35,977 bases of DNA from Octopus bimaculoides (taxonomy: Eukaryota): NCBI RefSeq assembly GCF_001194135.2, contig NC_068981.1:149827685-149863661 (forward strand), given 5' to 3'. The position numbers were made by a program, and so were the translations under genes. Under the pieces are notes generated by a model, which saw only the letters and a list, made by a program, of their open reading frames with translations, was not told the origin of the DNA and searched no databases. Positions 11,491-23,210 of this stretch are shown here, piece by piece. Each line of letters starts with the position of its first letter. The stretch's first letter is position 1.

Positions 11491-12535
11491 ACGAAAGAAA
11501 GAAAGAACGAAAGAGGGATAAAAGAAAGAAGAAACATGATCAACGTTTAACTGTGAGTTATTTGTGGACCACAAAGGTATAGAAGACACCAGTAATCTCG
11601 GTTGCAGATAGCCGGCGTAAACACATCAAAGCACTCAATCGTAAATTCCTTTCACTGATTTGTACATTTTTATTCCAAGTCTCTATTCAAAAACCTCGGC
11701 CCAGCTAGAGCTGTTCTTCTGAAGAATACTTGAATACGCAGTGTACTCATTCGGGAGTTCCTCCGATACTCTCTATTTATTATTAAATTCTCTTTCGAGT
11801 ATACATTTATTGCGCTCATTTCCCCCGCTACTGTCCAGTAACTTTTGCTTGTATAATACAACGTATTGAAAGGCCATATTTTATCATACAGAAAACACGT
11901 TGCCTCCGCCTCAACGTTTTCATCTAACATACTGATACATTTGATGGAACTGTTAGTATTTTCATAGTCTTAATGTTCAAATCTCGGATAAGTTGAAGTG
12001 TCCAGTTTAGTATTGGAAATACCGGTACAGGCACCGGCACACCAAAGCGTATTGGTGCCATTTAATGATGACACTTCTACCTTCTTCCGAAGTTAGCTGA
12101 AATATTGATTTGTTTCTTTAGTTTTATTTATAACATCCCCATATGCACCACCTTGCATTGCTTCAGAGATAACCAGGCAATAGCTATCTATATTCGTGTT
12201 TGGGTAACCATCTACCATAGATTAACTTAGCTTATATTGACCAAATTTCAATTCTATGGCCCGTGAGAATGCGATCAGCTCTAGCTCTCTTAGTGTAATA
12301 CATATTACTTGAATACAGCTACGTGTGGAAGTGACATTATTTTTTCTCTGCTCTACTGGCCTTAGCATTTGATTAACATGGCTCACAAGGATTCATTGCC
12401 AATATCAGCAAAAGTACAAACACCGAGAAACAAATATTATTTATAGTTGTTGTAGTGGCTCCAAAATCACCTGGAGCAGAATATCCGATGTTTATTGAAT
12501 AAGGCTTACAATGAAAATTGCTAAAAGAAACCAGA
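10850..12535 (-). pseudogene. Decayed coding relic, Cys-rich, possibly a viral-type envelope glycoprotein (phlebovirus Gc-like class II fusogen by eye)
   Basis: One minus frame 12392-11550 (281 codons) has only 5 internal stops, 12 Cys and 4 N-x-S/T sequons. Hydrophobic segments lie upstream in other frames (LWFLLAIFIVSLI; ICFSVFVLLLILAM at 12435-12394). The relic is interrupted by a (GA)n/(GAAA)n array. Coding origin is well supported; the identity is tentative. Confidence 0.4.
11385..11533. repeat. (GA)n(GAAA)n microsatellite
   Basis: Direct reading. Confidence 0.95.
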
Positions 12536-12861
12536 GTATTAAATCATATAATCGCGCGCGCACGCACGCACACACGCACACACGCACACACGCACACACA
12601 CACACACACACACATATATAATACATGTATATATACAGATGTGCGTGTACACACACATATACGTGCGTGTATCTATGTTGAGACAGGATCTTGGATAGCA
12701 GGAGTAGAACACCCAAGAGTCATGACTTGGGTGGGTGCGGCTCCCGTAGCGTGTCAGGAATAAGGCCCAAAACACTCGTCAGATGGGAGTTCTTCCTCTG
12801 AAGATCTCTCTTGCTTTACGCTGGCCTTGTGGCGAGTTTCTGATTTTTTTAAATACAGACA

Positions 12862-13075
12862 TTCATACATGCCTTTATACGTATGTATGTATACAAACAC
12901 ATTCACACACATACATACATGCCTTTATACGTATGTATGTATACAAACACATTCACACACATACANNNNNNNNNNATGCCTTTATACGTATGTATGTATA
13001 CAAACACATTCACACACATACATACATGCCTTTATACGTATGTATGTATACAAACACATTCACACACATACATAC
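12862..13075 (+). repeat. Tandem repeat, 50-bp unit atgcctttatacgtatgtatgtatacaaacacattcacacacatacatac, at least 4 identical copies split by a 10-N gap
   Basis: gcctt at 12871 and 12921, atgcc at 12976 and 13026 (period 50). Gap at 12966-12975. Confidence 0.9.
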
Positions 13076-16000
13076 ATACATACATACATACACACCCACA
13101 AATAGGCTTTTGTGTGTGTGTGTGTGTATGTATCTATTTATCTCTGTATTTATGCATGTATATGCATATCTTTGTCTTCAACGGGGTTTATAGTATTAGA
13201 TATAAATCAAGAGAAAGATTTTCGATAGTTAGGCATTTGCACAGACAGAAATATTTTGTACAATATGTGTCTCGTACAATAAAATTCAAGGAAATAGTCT
13301 CATTATTATCTACAAGTTAAATTGAAATTACTTTTATATTTGTAAGAATTTATTATCACTAATGCTATGAAATACTGGAATATTACGAGTTTTATTGATA
13401 TGGGCTAGTAACGACAATCACCGGAAAACAGGACATTAAACTTGTTCATAAGCATTAGGCCACATAAATAGATTGGCGCAGAAATGACTGAATCAATTAT
13501 AATAAATTATTGCTATTTAATCCATTACATTTGGATGTATGAAACGAAAACATGATGTAAGCCAAAACTAAATTCTAAAAATAAAGACACAACACTCGTT
13601 TTAAAGTTAGCAAAATTTATTTAAAATTGAGGTAGCTTTTCCCTTACAAACTGATACTGTATGAAATGAAAATTACTAACAAACAAATGTTATAGCGAAA
13701 CAGATATTATCGTTTCTAAATATCTTGCGTTTATTCATGTTGATAGAAAACTGTCGACATTCACTGAGAAAAACTTTTAGTATATAGTACCTTCATGTTG
13801 CTACTTTTATTAATTATAGCTAATGTAGTCTCTCCGGACGAATATAAAAATAAATATAACCTTAGAGGAAGCCAAATACTAGATCTAAACAATGGATATG
13901 CCGCACAATACAACAGAATATGTTGTCATAAAGTTACTTGTTTCGTTTTGAAATCAAAAGTTGCCAAGTAACCAAAGTAGTGAACAAGTTTTGATACGTT
14001 GTTAATGAACATATATCCTTTACGTCCCTAAATAACGTCAAGCTTATGTTAACTAACAAACCAAACGTATAGCTTGAGAAACAATGTATCAACTGTTTAT
14101 ATCAACTGTTCTGTAAGACAAAATGAATAAATCAAGGAAACCTACAGCTATAATGATTAAACGATTTTGACCATACTATATACTATTATAGCAATAAAAT
14201 CATTAGACTTAATATATTCTACAGAACAGACGTCAGACGTCTTTTGTAAAATTTGATTGCTTAGAAGAATAAGTTTATTTAAACATTCATTAAAACTAAA
14301 AGCTTTACAGTAGAAAGTAGCCATTATAGTCAGATACATAGTACATAAGCGAAGTACGATAGCTATCTATTCTCGCAAAACATATTTAACGGACGTTGAC
14401 AATTTTCACAACACCTACGAATATTTCGAGAATGTTTAACATTTGATACAGTTGATAACTATTTCAAAGTAGATATTTTTAGTAATGTTTATACACTGAA
14501 AATATAATTTTTAGATTTAACTTAGAGAATTTTCTCATATTACAGTGGGTAATTTTATTGACTCTTATTCTGGAAATTAGTTCGTAATTAAACTCAATAT
14601 ATTAAAGGAAACGCTTCTATTTCATATTCAAAATACTGCTGAAAAACCATTAAATAAACTTATTGATTTCAGTTCACTAAATTGCCACTTTTGCTTTCTG
14701 AAATTATACCGTATTTAATCTATTTCTTCCTCATTTTTTTTTTTCATGATTTGGTGTTGGATCTTTCGGCGCTATAACTGAAAATTAGAGACGAGATTTT
14801 CATTAGGTCACCATGGCATAAATGAACACAAAGTGAAGCTAAGTACAATATCTTTTCTTAATAAAGTTTTAGTTCTCCAAACTGCTGGACTTCCTGTAGT
14901 TTTTGTACCAAATTTTCAAATATAACAGAAATCCAACAAGTAGCATATCAAATTCTAAAAATATAAGTGTCCAAAGAAGTAATTTTATTACCAAAATATA
15001 CTATGTAACGAAACTTAGAAATTGTTTTATTTGTAAAAAGAGCTTTTTTTTTTTTGTGACACCGACGAAGGAAACGCAGAGGCGGTGTCAATGGGATTTT
15101 CAGTCAAAAATAACTCAATTGCTTCAAATCAGAAGTCGATATTTTAATAAAAAACGGCTAGATTAAACCGAATAAAACTTTTAATGTGCATCAGATAATT
15201 TTTACTATGTTGCAGACATACCGTAATGCAGCCGCGCATATTGCATCGAAGTCAGATATATATTTTAGTTTTGTTGCACTGTGTCTTTAACAAGTAAATA
15301 ATGTCCCCTAACTTTTAACTTATCGTAGATCAGTTAAATGCAGATGTATGTTTCTCAGTGTATTGAACTGAGCTTAAGCTTTTGTGAATGTAGTGTAAAT
15401 GGGAATCTTCAAGTCATAAGAAGTATGATAACACGTCAAAGATTCTATATTATATTTTAAACTTTGTATTTTACAATTAGAATCCTTATATACAGAACAT
15501 CAAAGATTCAAGAAGGAAGTAGAAGTGCTAAATACGTGAAAGCTACACACTACAAGACAAATAAACTAATCTACCTTTTATAATATTTTAGAATCATATC
15601 CATAAATCCAAATCCACTGAAACCATAAACTACACAGAATAAGAAACTTGCGGGAGAAACGCAAATAAGATTATAAATTTTCCGCGCCATAAACATTGTA
15701 TTTAACAGTCAGCAATATTTATATCCACACTTAAACATAAATGTTTTCATTTTCGATTGTTATGAGGGATCTATTCCTGGATGTCTACACAGTAAAAGAG
15801 TATTTTTAATAATAGACCGAACAAGGAATATTAATTTCTAACTAAGAGTAATAAAATTCACATCCTCAAGACCAATGATGCATAGAAATTTTAATCATAT
15901 TAATGCCATCTAAGACACTCAAATAATTCATGAAATAAAATGATTTCTGGAAACAAGTTCAGTATAATGAAAAATAATTAATGTTTCAATGCACATCCTT

Positions 16001-16473
16001 GTATGTTTGCAAGCACACAGAACACGCACATTACATACATATATACACAATCATATGCACATAAACACCCCCACACCCCCACACACATACTTTCCATGCA
16101 TGTACATATATGGACGTATGTATATACACATGATGCGTACATTTGTATCTGTTCGTATTCATGTGTGCTTGCGGCTTATGTGCGTCTTCCACTCTGTAAC
16201 CGCTTTCGTTGCAACGCAGTCTCAGATCAAACTACATGGCAGACAATTACATCCCAACATTATTCTTAACTCATATCTACACTATAATCCCAATAACAAG
16301 TTATATAAGTTTCAAACTTTCAGTAGTTTATCCAACGTCTGAAAATATTTCAAATGAATACCACCAACGAAGTCGTGCATACTCGTAAATGTTGGGTAAT
16401 ATGAACTGTGTTATATTTTCTTCAACAAAATAACTTCTTGCTCCAAGTAAGCATGTTAAATATAATTATACAT

Positions 16474-16504
<31 letters not shown>

Positions 16505-16585
16505 GCATACATTCATGCTGGCATACATACATGCATGCATACATGCACACACATATACATGATAGATCGCTAACCATTACACACA

Positions 16586-16757
16586 TTTTTTCTCTCCTTG
16601 TTTATTTCTGTGTTCCTTTCTGTGGAAGAGCGTAGGCTCGAAACGTTAAAGACTTTTTCAATTCCGTTAAAGGCTCGAAACGTTAAAGACTTTTTCAATA
16701 CATCTGTTTGTTTTCTATACCACCTGTCTTCGTCTTTTTTTTTTGTGAATTTTCCCT
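16586..16757 (+). mobile_element. Short non-autonomous repeat, family A copy 2 (with internal 29-bp duplication)
   Basis: Aligns to the reverse complement of 1611-1769. aggctcgaaacgttaaagactttttcaat is present at 16634-16662 and 16671-16699. Ends in ccctatatata. Confidence 0.75.
16616..16651 (+). ncRNA. Minimal type-I hammerhead ribozyme-like motif (variant core CUGUGGA)
   Basis: cttt-CTGTGGA-A-GAGC-gtag-GCTC-GAAAC-GT-T-aaag: stem I cttt/aaag 4 bp, stem II 4 bp with G10.1-C11.1, palindromic helix III and GUU triplet. Only A6 deviates (U). Confidence 0.55.
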
Positions 16758-16896
16758 ATATATATGAATTATCTATGTATATATGTATGTATATACACGA
16801 TTGAGTGGATAAACGGAAGAAAAAGGCTCTCAACACATTTAGCAGGAGTTACTTGTAATATTATTCAAAACAGGGTAATTCGAGTCCGGTAGACTT

Positions 16897-17160
16897 ATAT
16901 ATATATATATATATATNNNNNNNNNNNNNNNNNNNNNNNNNNNNNNNNNNNNNNNNNNNNNNNNNNNNNNNNNNNNNNNNNNNNNNNNNNNNNNNNNNNN
17001 NNNNNNNNNNNNNNNNNNNNNNNNNNNNNNNNNNNNNNNNNNNNNNNNNNNNNNNNNNNNNNNNNNNNNNNNNNNNNNNNNNNNNNNNNNNNNNNNNNNN
17101 NNNNNNNNNNNNNNNNNNNNNNNNNNNNNNNNNNNNNNNNNNTGTGTGTGTGTGTGTGTG
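16897..17160. other. (TA)n, N-gap 16917-17142, (TG)n
   Basis: Direct reading. Confidence 0.97.
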
Positions 17161-18122
17161 TACAGAGAGACAGATGGAAACGGGAAAGAGAAATAGAGAG
17201 AGAAAGAGAGAATGGATAAAAGTTACACATAGAGGCAGCAGTCAATTAGAATCTTAGATATTTTGAAATACATTTTAAAAGTGATGAATTATTAAAACGA
17301 TAGTTATTATTCATACGAAACTACCTTATTTTAATGTTCCCGTTGCGTACACATGTATTATGCTTCAAAATTTCGGGGAAAGTTTCTTACACTTGCAAAA
17401 ATGCAATCTGTACATACAAAACAATCGAATTCAAACACTTAAACATGGAATAGGTTTGAGAAGCATTTAGAAAATATTACAGCGTGTCAAATCATTTGAA
17501 ACCAATGGAGAAAATATGAGCAAGGTTGAATTTTGTGATATTTTGTCTTCACATATCAACGTAATCATTATATACTGGATAAAAATCAAAGTGGAGACAC
17601 GGAAAAAGCATAGGGTTAATTCAAAAGCTCTTAGGATCATGTATCAGAAAAAGCGTTAAAGCTTTTACCGCTAGTTTCCAGGAACATTTAAATGGGCAAA
17701 AAGCCAAGACAGATCAAGTTAATTGTGTTTATTTTCAGGAAGCACAATTTCGAAGAACTTACAATGTATTTAACGACAAACACAAATATTGATAGGCACA
17801 CAATAGCATATAGATGGATAAACACATAATATTACATTCGCATATTCTTAGACACAGTCACAATATCACTGACAATGTGAGAGATTTAATAACAACAAAA
17901 ATATCAACCAAAACAAGATTAACAACGGCAGTCGAAACAAGAATAATAACAAACATAATAACATTGACTATAATGGTTATAATAATCATCAATTCATCCT
18001 TATCATCCATCCTAATAAATTCAGACTCGCAACAAGAGTTGCTTTTGAATGTGTGTGTGTTGAAGACGGAGATATTTATATACATATAACTATATAAAAT
18101 CTATATATAATCATAAATATGT

Positions 18123-18176
18123 ACGCCCCAGCATGACCGCAGTCTAACGACTGAAACAAATAATAGAGTAAAAGAA
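18123..18176 (+). mobile_element. 3' tail fragment of SINE family B
   Basis: gccccagcatgaccgcagtctaacgactgaaacaaataa matches the tails at ~9245-9289 and ~22710-22760. Confidence 0.6.
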
Positions 18177-18194
18177 GTATATGTATATGTATAT

Positions 18195-18750
18195 NNNNNN
18201 NNNNNNNNNNNNNNNNNNNNNNNNNNNNNNNNNNNNNNNNNNNNNNNNNNNNNNNNNNNNNNNNNNNNNNNNNNNNNNNNNNNNNNNNNNNNNNNNNNNN
18301 NNNNNNNNNNNNNNNNNNNNNNNNNNNNNNNNNNNNNNNNNNNNNNNNNNNNNNNNNNNNNNNNNNNNNNNNNNNNNNNNNNNNNNNNNNNNNNNNNNNN
18401 NNNNNNNNNNNNNNNNNNNNNNNNNNNNNNNNNNNNNNNNNNNNNNNNNNNNNNNNNNNNNNNNNNNNNNNNNNNNNNNNNNNNNNNNNNNNNNNNNNNN
18501 NNNNNNNNNNNNNNNNNNNNNNNNNNNNNNNNNNNNNNNNNNNNNNNNNNNNNNNNNNNNNNNNNNNNNNNNNNNNNNNNNNNNNNNNNNNNNNNNNNNN
18601 NNNNNNNNNNNNNNNNNNNNNNNNNNNNNNNNNNNNNNNNNNNNNNNNNNNNNNNNNNNNNNNNNNNNNNNNNNNNNNNNNNNNNNNNNNNNNNNNNNNN
18701 NNNNNNNNNNNNNNNNNNNNNNNNNNNNNNNNNNNNNNNNNNNNNNNNNN
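18195..18750. other. Assembly gap
   Basis: N run. Confidence 0.99.
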
Positions 18751-18761
18751 TATTATCTATC

Positions 18762-19112
18762 GGCGGAGTCGCAATGGCCCAGTGGTTAGGGCAGCGCACT
18801 CGCGGCCATAGGATCGCGGTTTCGATTCCCAGACCGGGCGTTGTGGGTGTTTATTGAGCGGGGATGGTGGCGAACCCTCCTGTACACTTTCACCACAACT
18901 TTCTCTCACTCAAACTTCCTGTTTCTGTTGTACATGTATTGCAAAGGGCCAGCCATGTCACACTGTGTCACGCTGAATATCCCCGAGAACTACGTTAAGG
19001 GTACACGTGTCTGTGGAATGCTCAGCCACTTGCACGTTAATTTCACGAGCAGGCTGTTCCGTTGATCGGAACAACTGGAACCCTCGTCGTCGTAAGCGAC
19101 GGAGTGCCAACA
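18762..19112 (+). mobile_element. tRNA-derived SINE (family C) with candidate target-site duplication
   Basis: A box tggcccagtgg (18775-18785) and B box ggtttcgattcc (18818-18829). Flanks tattatctatc (18751-18761) and tattatctttc (19113-19123) match at 10 of 11 positions. Confidence 0.8.
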
Positions 19113-19887
19113 TATTATCTTTCCACATACACACAAGCATGTATGTTTGCACACAAGGTTTATCTTGTTGATTTTTAGAACATTTAGTTCATTACACTTA
19201 AACAGTTTATTGATTTCTTTTACCAAGTTCAACCGTTTATATTTTGAGACAGTTTTCTTTTTTTTTACTAATACAACATCAAGTTGTTTAGAAAAAAAAA
19301 TCAACTGAATAGATGTAGAAAGACTTATATAAAAGGCCAGAAGACTATATTGAGGAACAATCATATCAATTTGACGCCTATCATCCCAGCATAAATTAGA
19401 TTTTAGATATCTATTATCTTGAACGTATGCCAGGGAAATTCGCAATAAAGATGGAGAAATATTATGATTTTCGTTAAAGAGTTTTCGGAGGAATATTTAC
19501 GTAAACTATCTATTTTATATGTAGCTGTCTGGTTAAGAAGTTTGCTTCGGAACTACCTGGTTGTGAGCTTGGTGTGTATATGTGTGTGTGTTTTGTGTAT
19601 GCTTGTGTGTATGTGTGCTGGCGTGTGCATGTTTATGTATGCCGGCTCCAACTAGTATGTGCTGATAATGTATACCGGCCCAAACTATGCTGGATTTCGT
19701 CAAAAATGTAACTCAGTAATTTTACAACTATCAAACTGAAATAAATAGTAACTGTATTCTTAATCCTTCCAAGTCAGTGAAACGCTGTATTTGGATGTTC
19801 CGCATATGCATGTGCCTCCTTCATTTTTTGTTCTCTTTTTTCTTCGGTTATCACTTTTTACTGATTTTTTAGTTTTCTTTAATCCTT

Positions 19888-19932
19888 TATTATTATTATT
19901 ATTGTTATTATTATTATTATTATTATTATTAA

Positions 19933-19989
<57 letters not shown>

Positions 19990-20027
19990 CAGTAGCAGCA
20001 GTAGTAGTAGTAGTAGTAGTAGTAGTA
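19888..20027. repeat. Compound (TAT)n(AGT)n microsatellite
   Basis: Direct reading. Produces the artefactual poly-L/poly-V ORF. Confidence 0.95.
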
Positions 20028-20844
20028 GTTTTCTTTCTACGTGAGAGAACATGGAGGTTGCGACCGACTCCGAAAAATATAAAGAATTCAGTTTAATTTA
20101 TTTCAGGATCCCACTTTCTACCCTCCGATACAAACGAGGAGTATTTCTTTCGGCTTCTTAAGAAATTGAAAATAATCGTGTGTCCCCTTCCCTAAATTTC
20201 AAGTCCTGTGCGTATTGCAGAAGGGATTATTTCAGTGAATGCTGTATGGGAGGAGCAGGAAAAACTGTGCTGATGTAGTCTGTATTTCTTTCGGGTAGAT
20301 ATTCTTATTACGAAATTTTGGAGAAGAATCATTCTGCTAGGTCCGAAACATTGGTATCGGTATGGAGTGAGGTATTATGGTTTAGCTATTCCGAAAGGAG
20401 AGAGCGGAAGAGAATTTTTAAAAACCGAAATATTGTTAAGAAATTCTTTTTCAAAATCATAATCACTGTATTCTTTGACATGAAACTTCACGAAATACAT
20501 TTCGAAATAATGAAGAAGCAAAAATTTCAAATTGATATTTAGAAAAGTTGTTTTGTGGACAATAGTAAAATCTATTACTGAATACATAAGGTTCAGAAAA
20601 AATATTTCGGGAAAAAGATGAAAATAATGGTTGAACGCGTTTTCAGCTTCTCACCATGACCCGTTCAGAGATCCAATTCTGTAGAACGATTATATTCTAT
20701 CCATCTGCACGGGTGTCTATGTATGCGTGTGATGATATGCGTTTATTTATATAGGCCCCTTTTGTGAATAATAAAAAAATTTCTAATTTTAGCGCGAGAA
20801 CAGTCATTTTGAGGAAGGAAAAGACATCATTTACCTCACTCGAG

Positions 20845-20910
20845 TGCACAACAGGCATTTATCTCGACCCCGAAAAGATGAAAGACAAAGTCGAACTCGG
20901 CAGCATTTAA
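20845..20910 (-). mobile_element. Probable SINE body fragment
   Basis: Minus strand gccgagttcgactttgtctttcatcttttcggggtcgag resembles a SINE segment I recall from mollusc genomes and shares ggggtcga with the family B tail (~9220). Short and not verified. Confidence 0.4.
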
Positions 20911-21457
20911 AGAGACGAAACAATCACTGCCACAATGGGTGAACATAAAATGCCAAGAATAATTATACCTGTGCGATATGTATATGAATTTGTAAGTGAA
21001 TTTCTCTACCCATGCTTGTGTAGGTTAGTGTCTGACATATTAAATATAGAGAGCTCAATTTAGATTATCTATGCAATTAGTAGGAAAAAAAATCACTTCT
21101 CATAGGTGACTATAATTTATAAGCAAAAAATAAAGGAATTAACTCTAATAATAACTGTTTATTGGATCTTTAATAAAATAACGATGATGCGAATGAATGT
21201 GAAGGATACATTCTCCGGGTAAATTCTATTTCACTGAAGAGGTTTAATAAGACTAAAGCATGCCTATCTTGTTACAACAACTTATTAGTCTGAAAACCGT
21301 CAACTTTCTTTTCCAGGTATTTTTGTTAGCTTATTTTATTGGTGTTGCCAACTAGTTCCCGTTTTCAGTTTTAGTTTAAACATCAAAGAAGTAGTTTTTG
21401 CTTCCTATTTGCATGGATGATTTTAATTATCAAATTAATATATGTTGGAAAACCAAC

Positions 21458-21459
<2 letters not shown>

Positions 21460-21518
<59 letters not shown>

Positions 21519-22185
21519 CATATGTATAATATGCAACACCTTCCCAGCCGTTCTCCTCCCAGTCGTATAGCGTGTGCGATGTTGCTATAGATTCTTGCGT
21601 ATGATGATGTCCATATTTATGATATTTTATCTTGTTAAATCTATAAGTATGTATGCCTATATATGTGTGATGCTGAGTGTTTGTGAGTGCTGTGGGTGTT
21701 GTGAAGAAGAGATTTGCATGGTTTGTGCATTTTGTAGCTGATCATCAGTTTGACCCACTGACATATATCTTAGAGATTGACATAATAATTACGTTACAGT
21801 AGACTGTGAGTTGTTTTCTCTAAATAACTGGCACTAATACTCAAATCAACCATTGCAAATAAGATTGCAGAGTAAAATATACAAAGTCACGAGATCAGAA
21901 AAAGATAAGGAATAGAAATATATGCGTGTCTGAAAATGCAAAACAAAATCGATATAGATAATGCATAAAAATCATGTGCCTCGTATGCATGTATATATGT
22001 GTGGGGTATCTATATATCATATATGTTTCTCCATGTTTAGGGGCAGACATGTATATATGTATGTGTGTATGTGTGCGTATGTTTATGTGTGTATGTGTGC
22101 GTGCATGTGTGATTGTGTGTGCGTATGTGTGTGTATGTGTCTGTGTGTGTGTGTGTGTGTGTATGTGTGTATGTGTGTGTGTGTT
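21460..22185. repeat. (TA)n 21460-21525 and (TG)n-rich array 22045-22185
   Basis: Direct reading. Confidence 0.9.
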
Positions 22186-22587
22186 GAGACTGAAAAATAA
22201 ATATCAGTGACAAAAGAGGTTAGTATAAATGGAGTAAAATGAATATATACGTACCATGTGAGCAGTTTCTGGAGTTTTTATTGCAGTACTAAAATATATT
22301 CTTCTCAATGAGAGACCTCTGTCTAGTTCCAAACAATCGTTGAGGTTATTTGCATTACTTTCTTTACGCTACCACAGCCTGCCTTTCGAAAGCTTAATGT
22401 TAAAATACTACATCCTGCAATCTTGAAGTACCCTATCTATGTGTGTCCCTTTCGGTAAGTATCTTTTATCGTATCTCCCTGTTGAACTAAGCCTTGTGAG
22501 TCTAAATTTCATTACGCGGCACAGAGACACAGAGACAGTTCTTGTCCTTCAGTTGTTAAAAACATCCGTACATCTTTACAAAATCCA

Positions 22588-22760
22588 AACGATACTGGTG
22601 TGTTTACGTCCCCACAACTTAGCTGGTCAGCAAGATGGATCGATACAATAAATGTCAAATTTAAAAGAAAAGTATTTGGGACGATTCATTCGACTTAAAC
22701 TTCTTCAAGGCGGTACCCCAACATGGCTTCAGTTTAATGACTGAAACAAATAAAAGATAA
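22588..22760 (+). mobile_element. Solo 3' module of SINE family B (diverged)
   Basis: gatactggtgtgtttacgtccccacaacttagc...gactgaaacaaataaaaga is collinear with ~9128-9289. Confidence 0.75.
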
Positions 22761-23064
22761 GAACAGATCTTGCGCTCAGGATCATGTAAATAAAGAAGGA
22801 TAACTCCCGAGAAATGATGTACTAGCAGGTCTTATGTTTTCCTCAGATATTTCTCAAAATCAGTCTACACAAACATGGTTGTGTGATAAGGAAGTTCGCC
22901 GTGTAACCACAAGTTTATTCGTTTGAGTTTACAGCGATGTAACTTAGATGAAGGAGGCCTTGGTGCATTGTATCATAACCTCGTGCTAAGGAATGCTCTT
23001 TGAATGCAATCTGTTACATGGAAATTCTGAAGATGTTGTATAAAGATATGCATCATATACCTAT

Positions 23065-23146
23065 AGACACACACACAGAGGAACGTGCACACAGACACAC
23101 ACACGCGCACGCACACACACAAATATGCACATTCATACTTATACAT

Positions 23147-23207
<61 letters not shown>

Positions 23208-23210
23208 TAC
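23065..23210. repeat. (CA)n then (TA)n array abutting the PLE
   Basis: Direct reading. Confidence 0.95.

Noticed and set aside
12741-12789. Minus-strand CTGACGA followed by a gtgt/acac stem and enclosed by ctccc/gggag
   Set aside because: GAAA, helix III and the NUH triplet are absent (only gctac), so it is not a hammerhead.
17735-18089. Splice-acceptor-like ttttcag followed by Asn/Ile/Thr-rich ORFs
   Set aside because: All frames stop soon after the acceptor, and the downstream ORFs derive from a decayed (AAC/AAT)n repeat.
19791-20096. ORF with poly-Leu/poly-Val resembling a membrane protein
   Set aside because: Translation of the (TAT)n(AGT)n array.
21301-21325. Polypyrimidine tract with CAG|GTATTT, a possible exon start or recursive splice site
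   Set aside because: The donor is weak, there is no recognisable peptide, and there is no evidence that the window is intronic on this strand.
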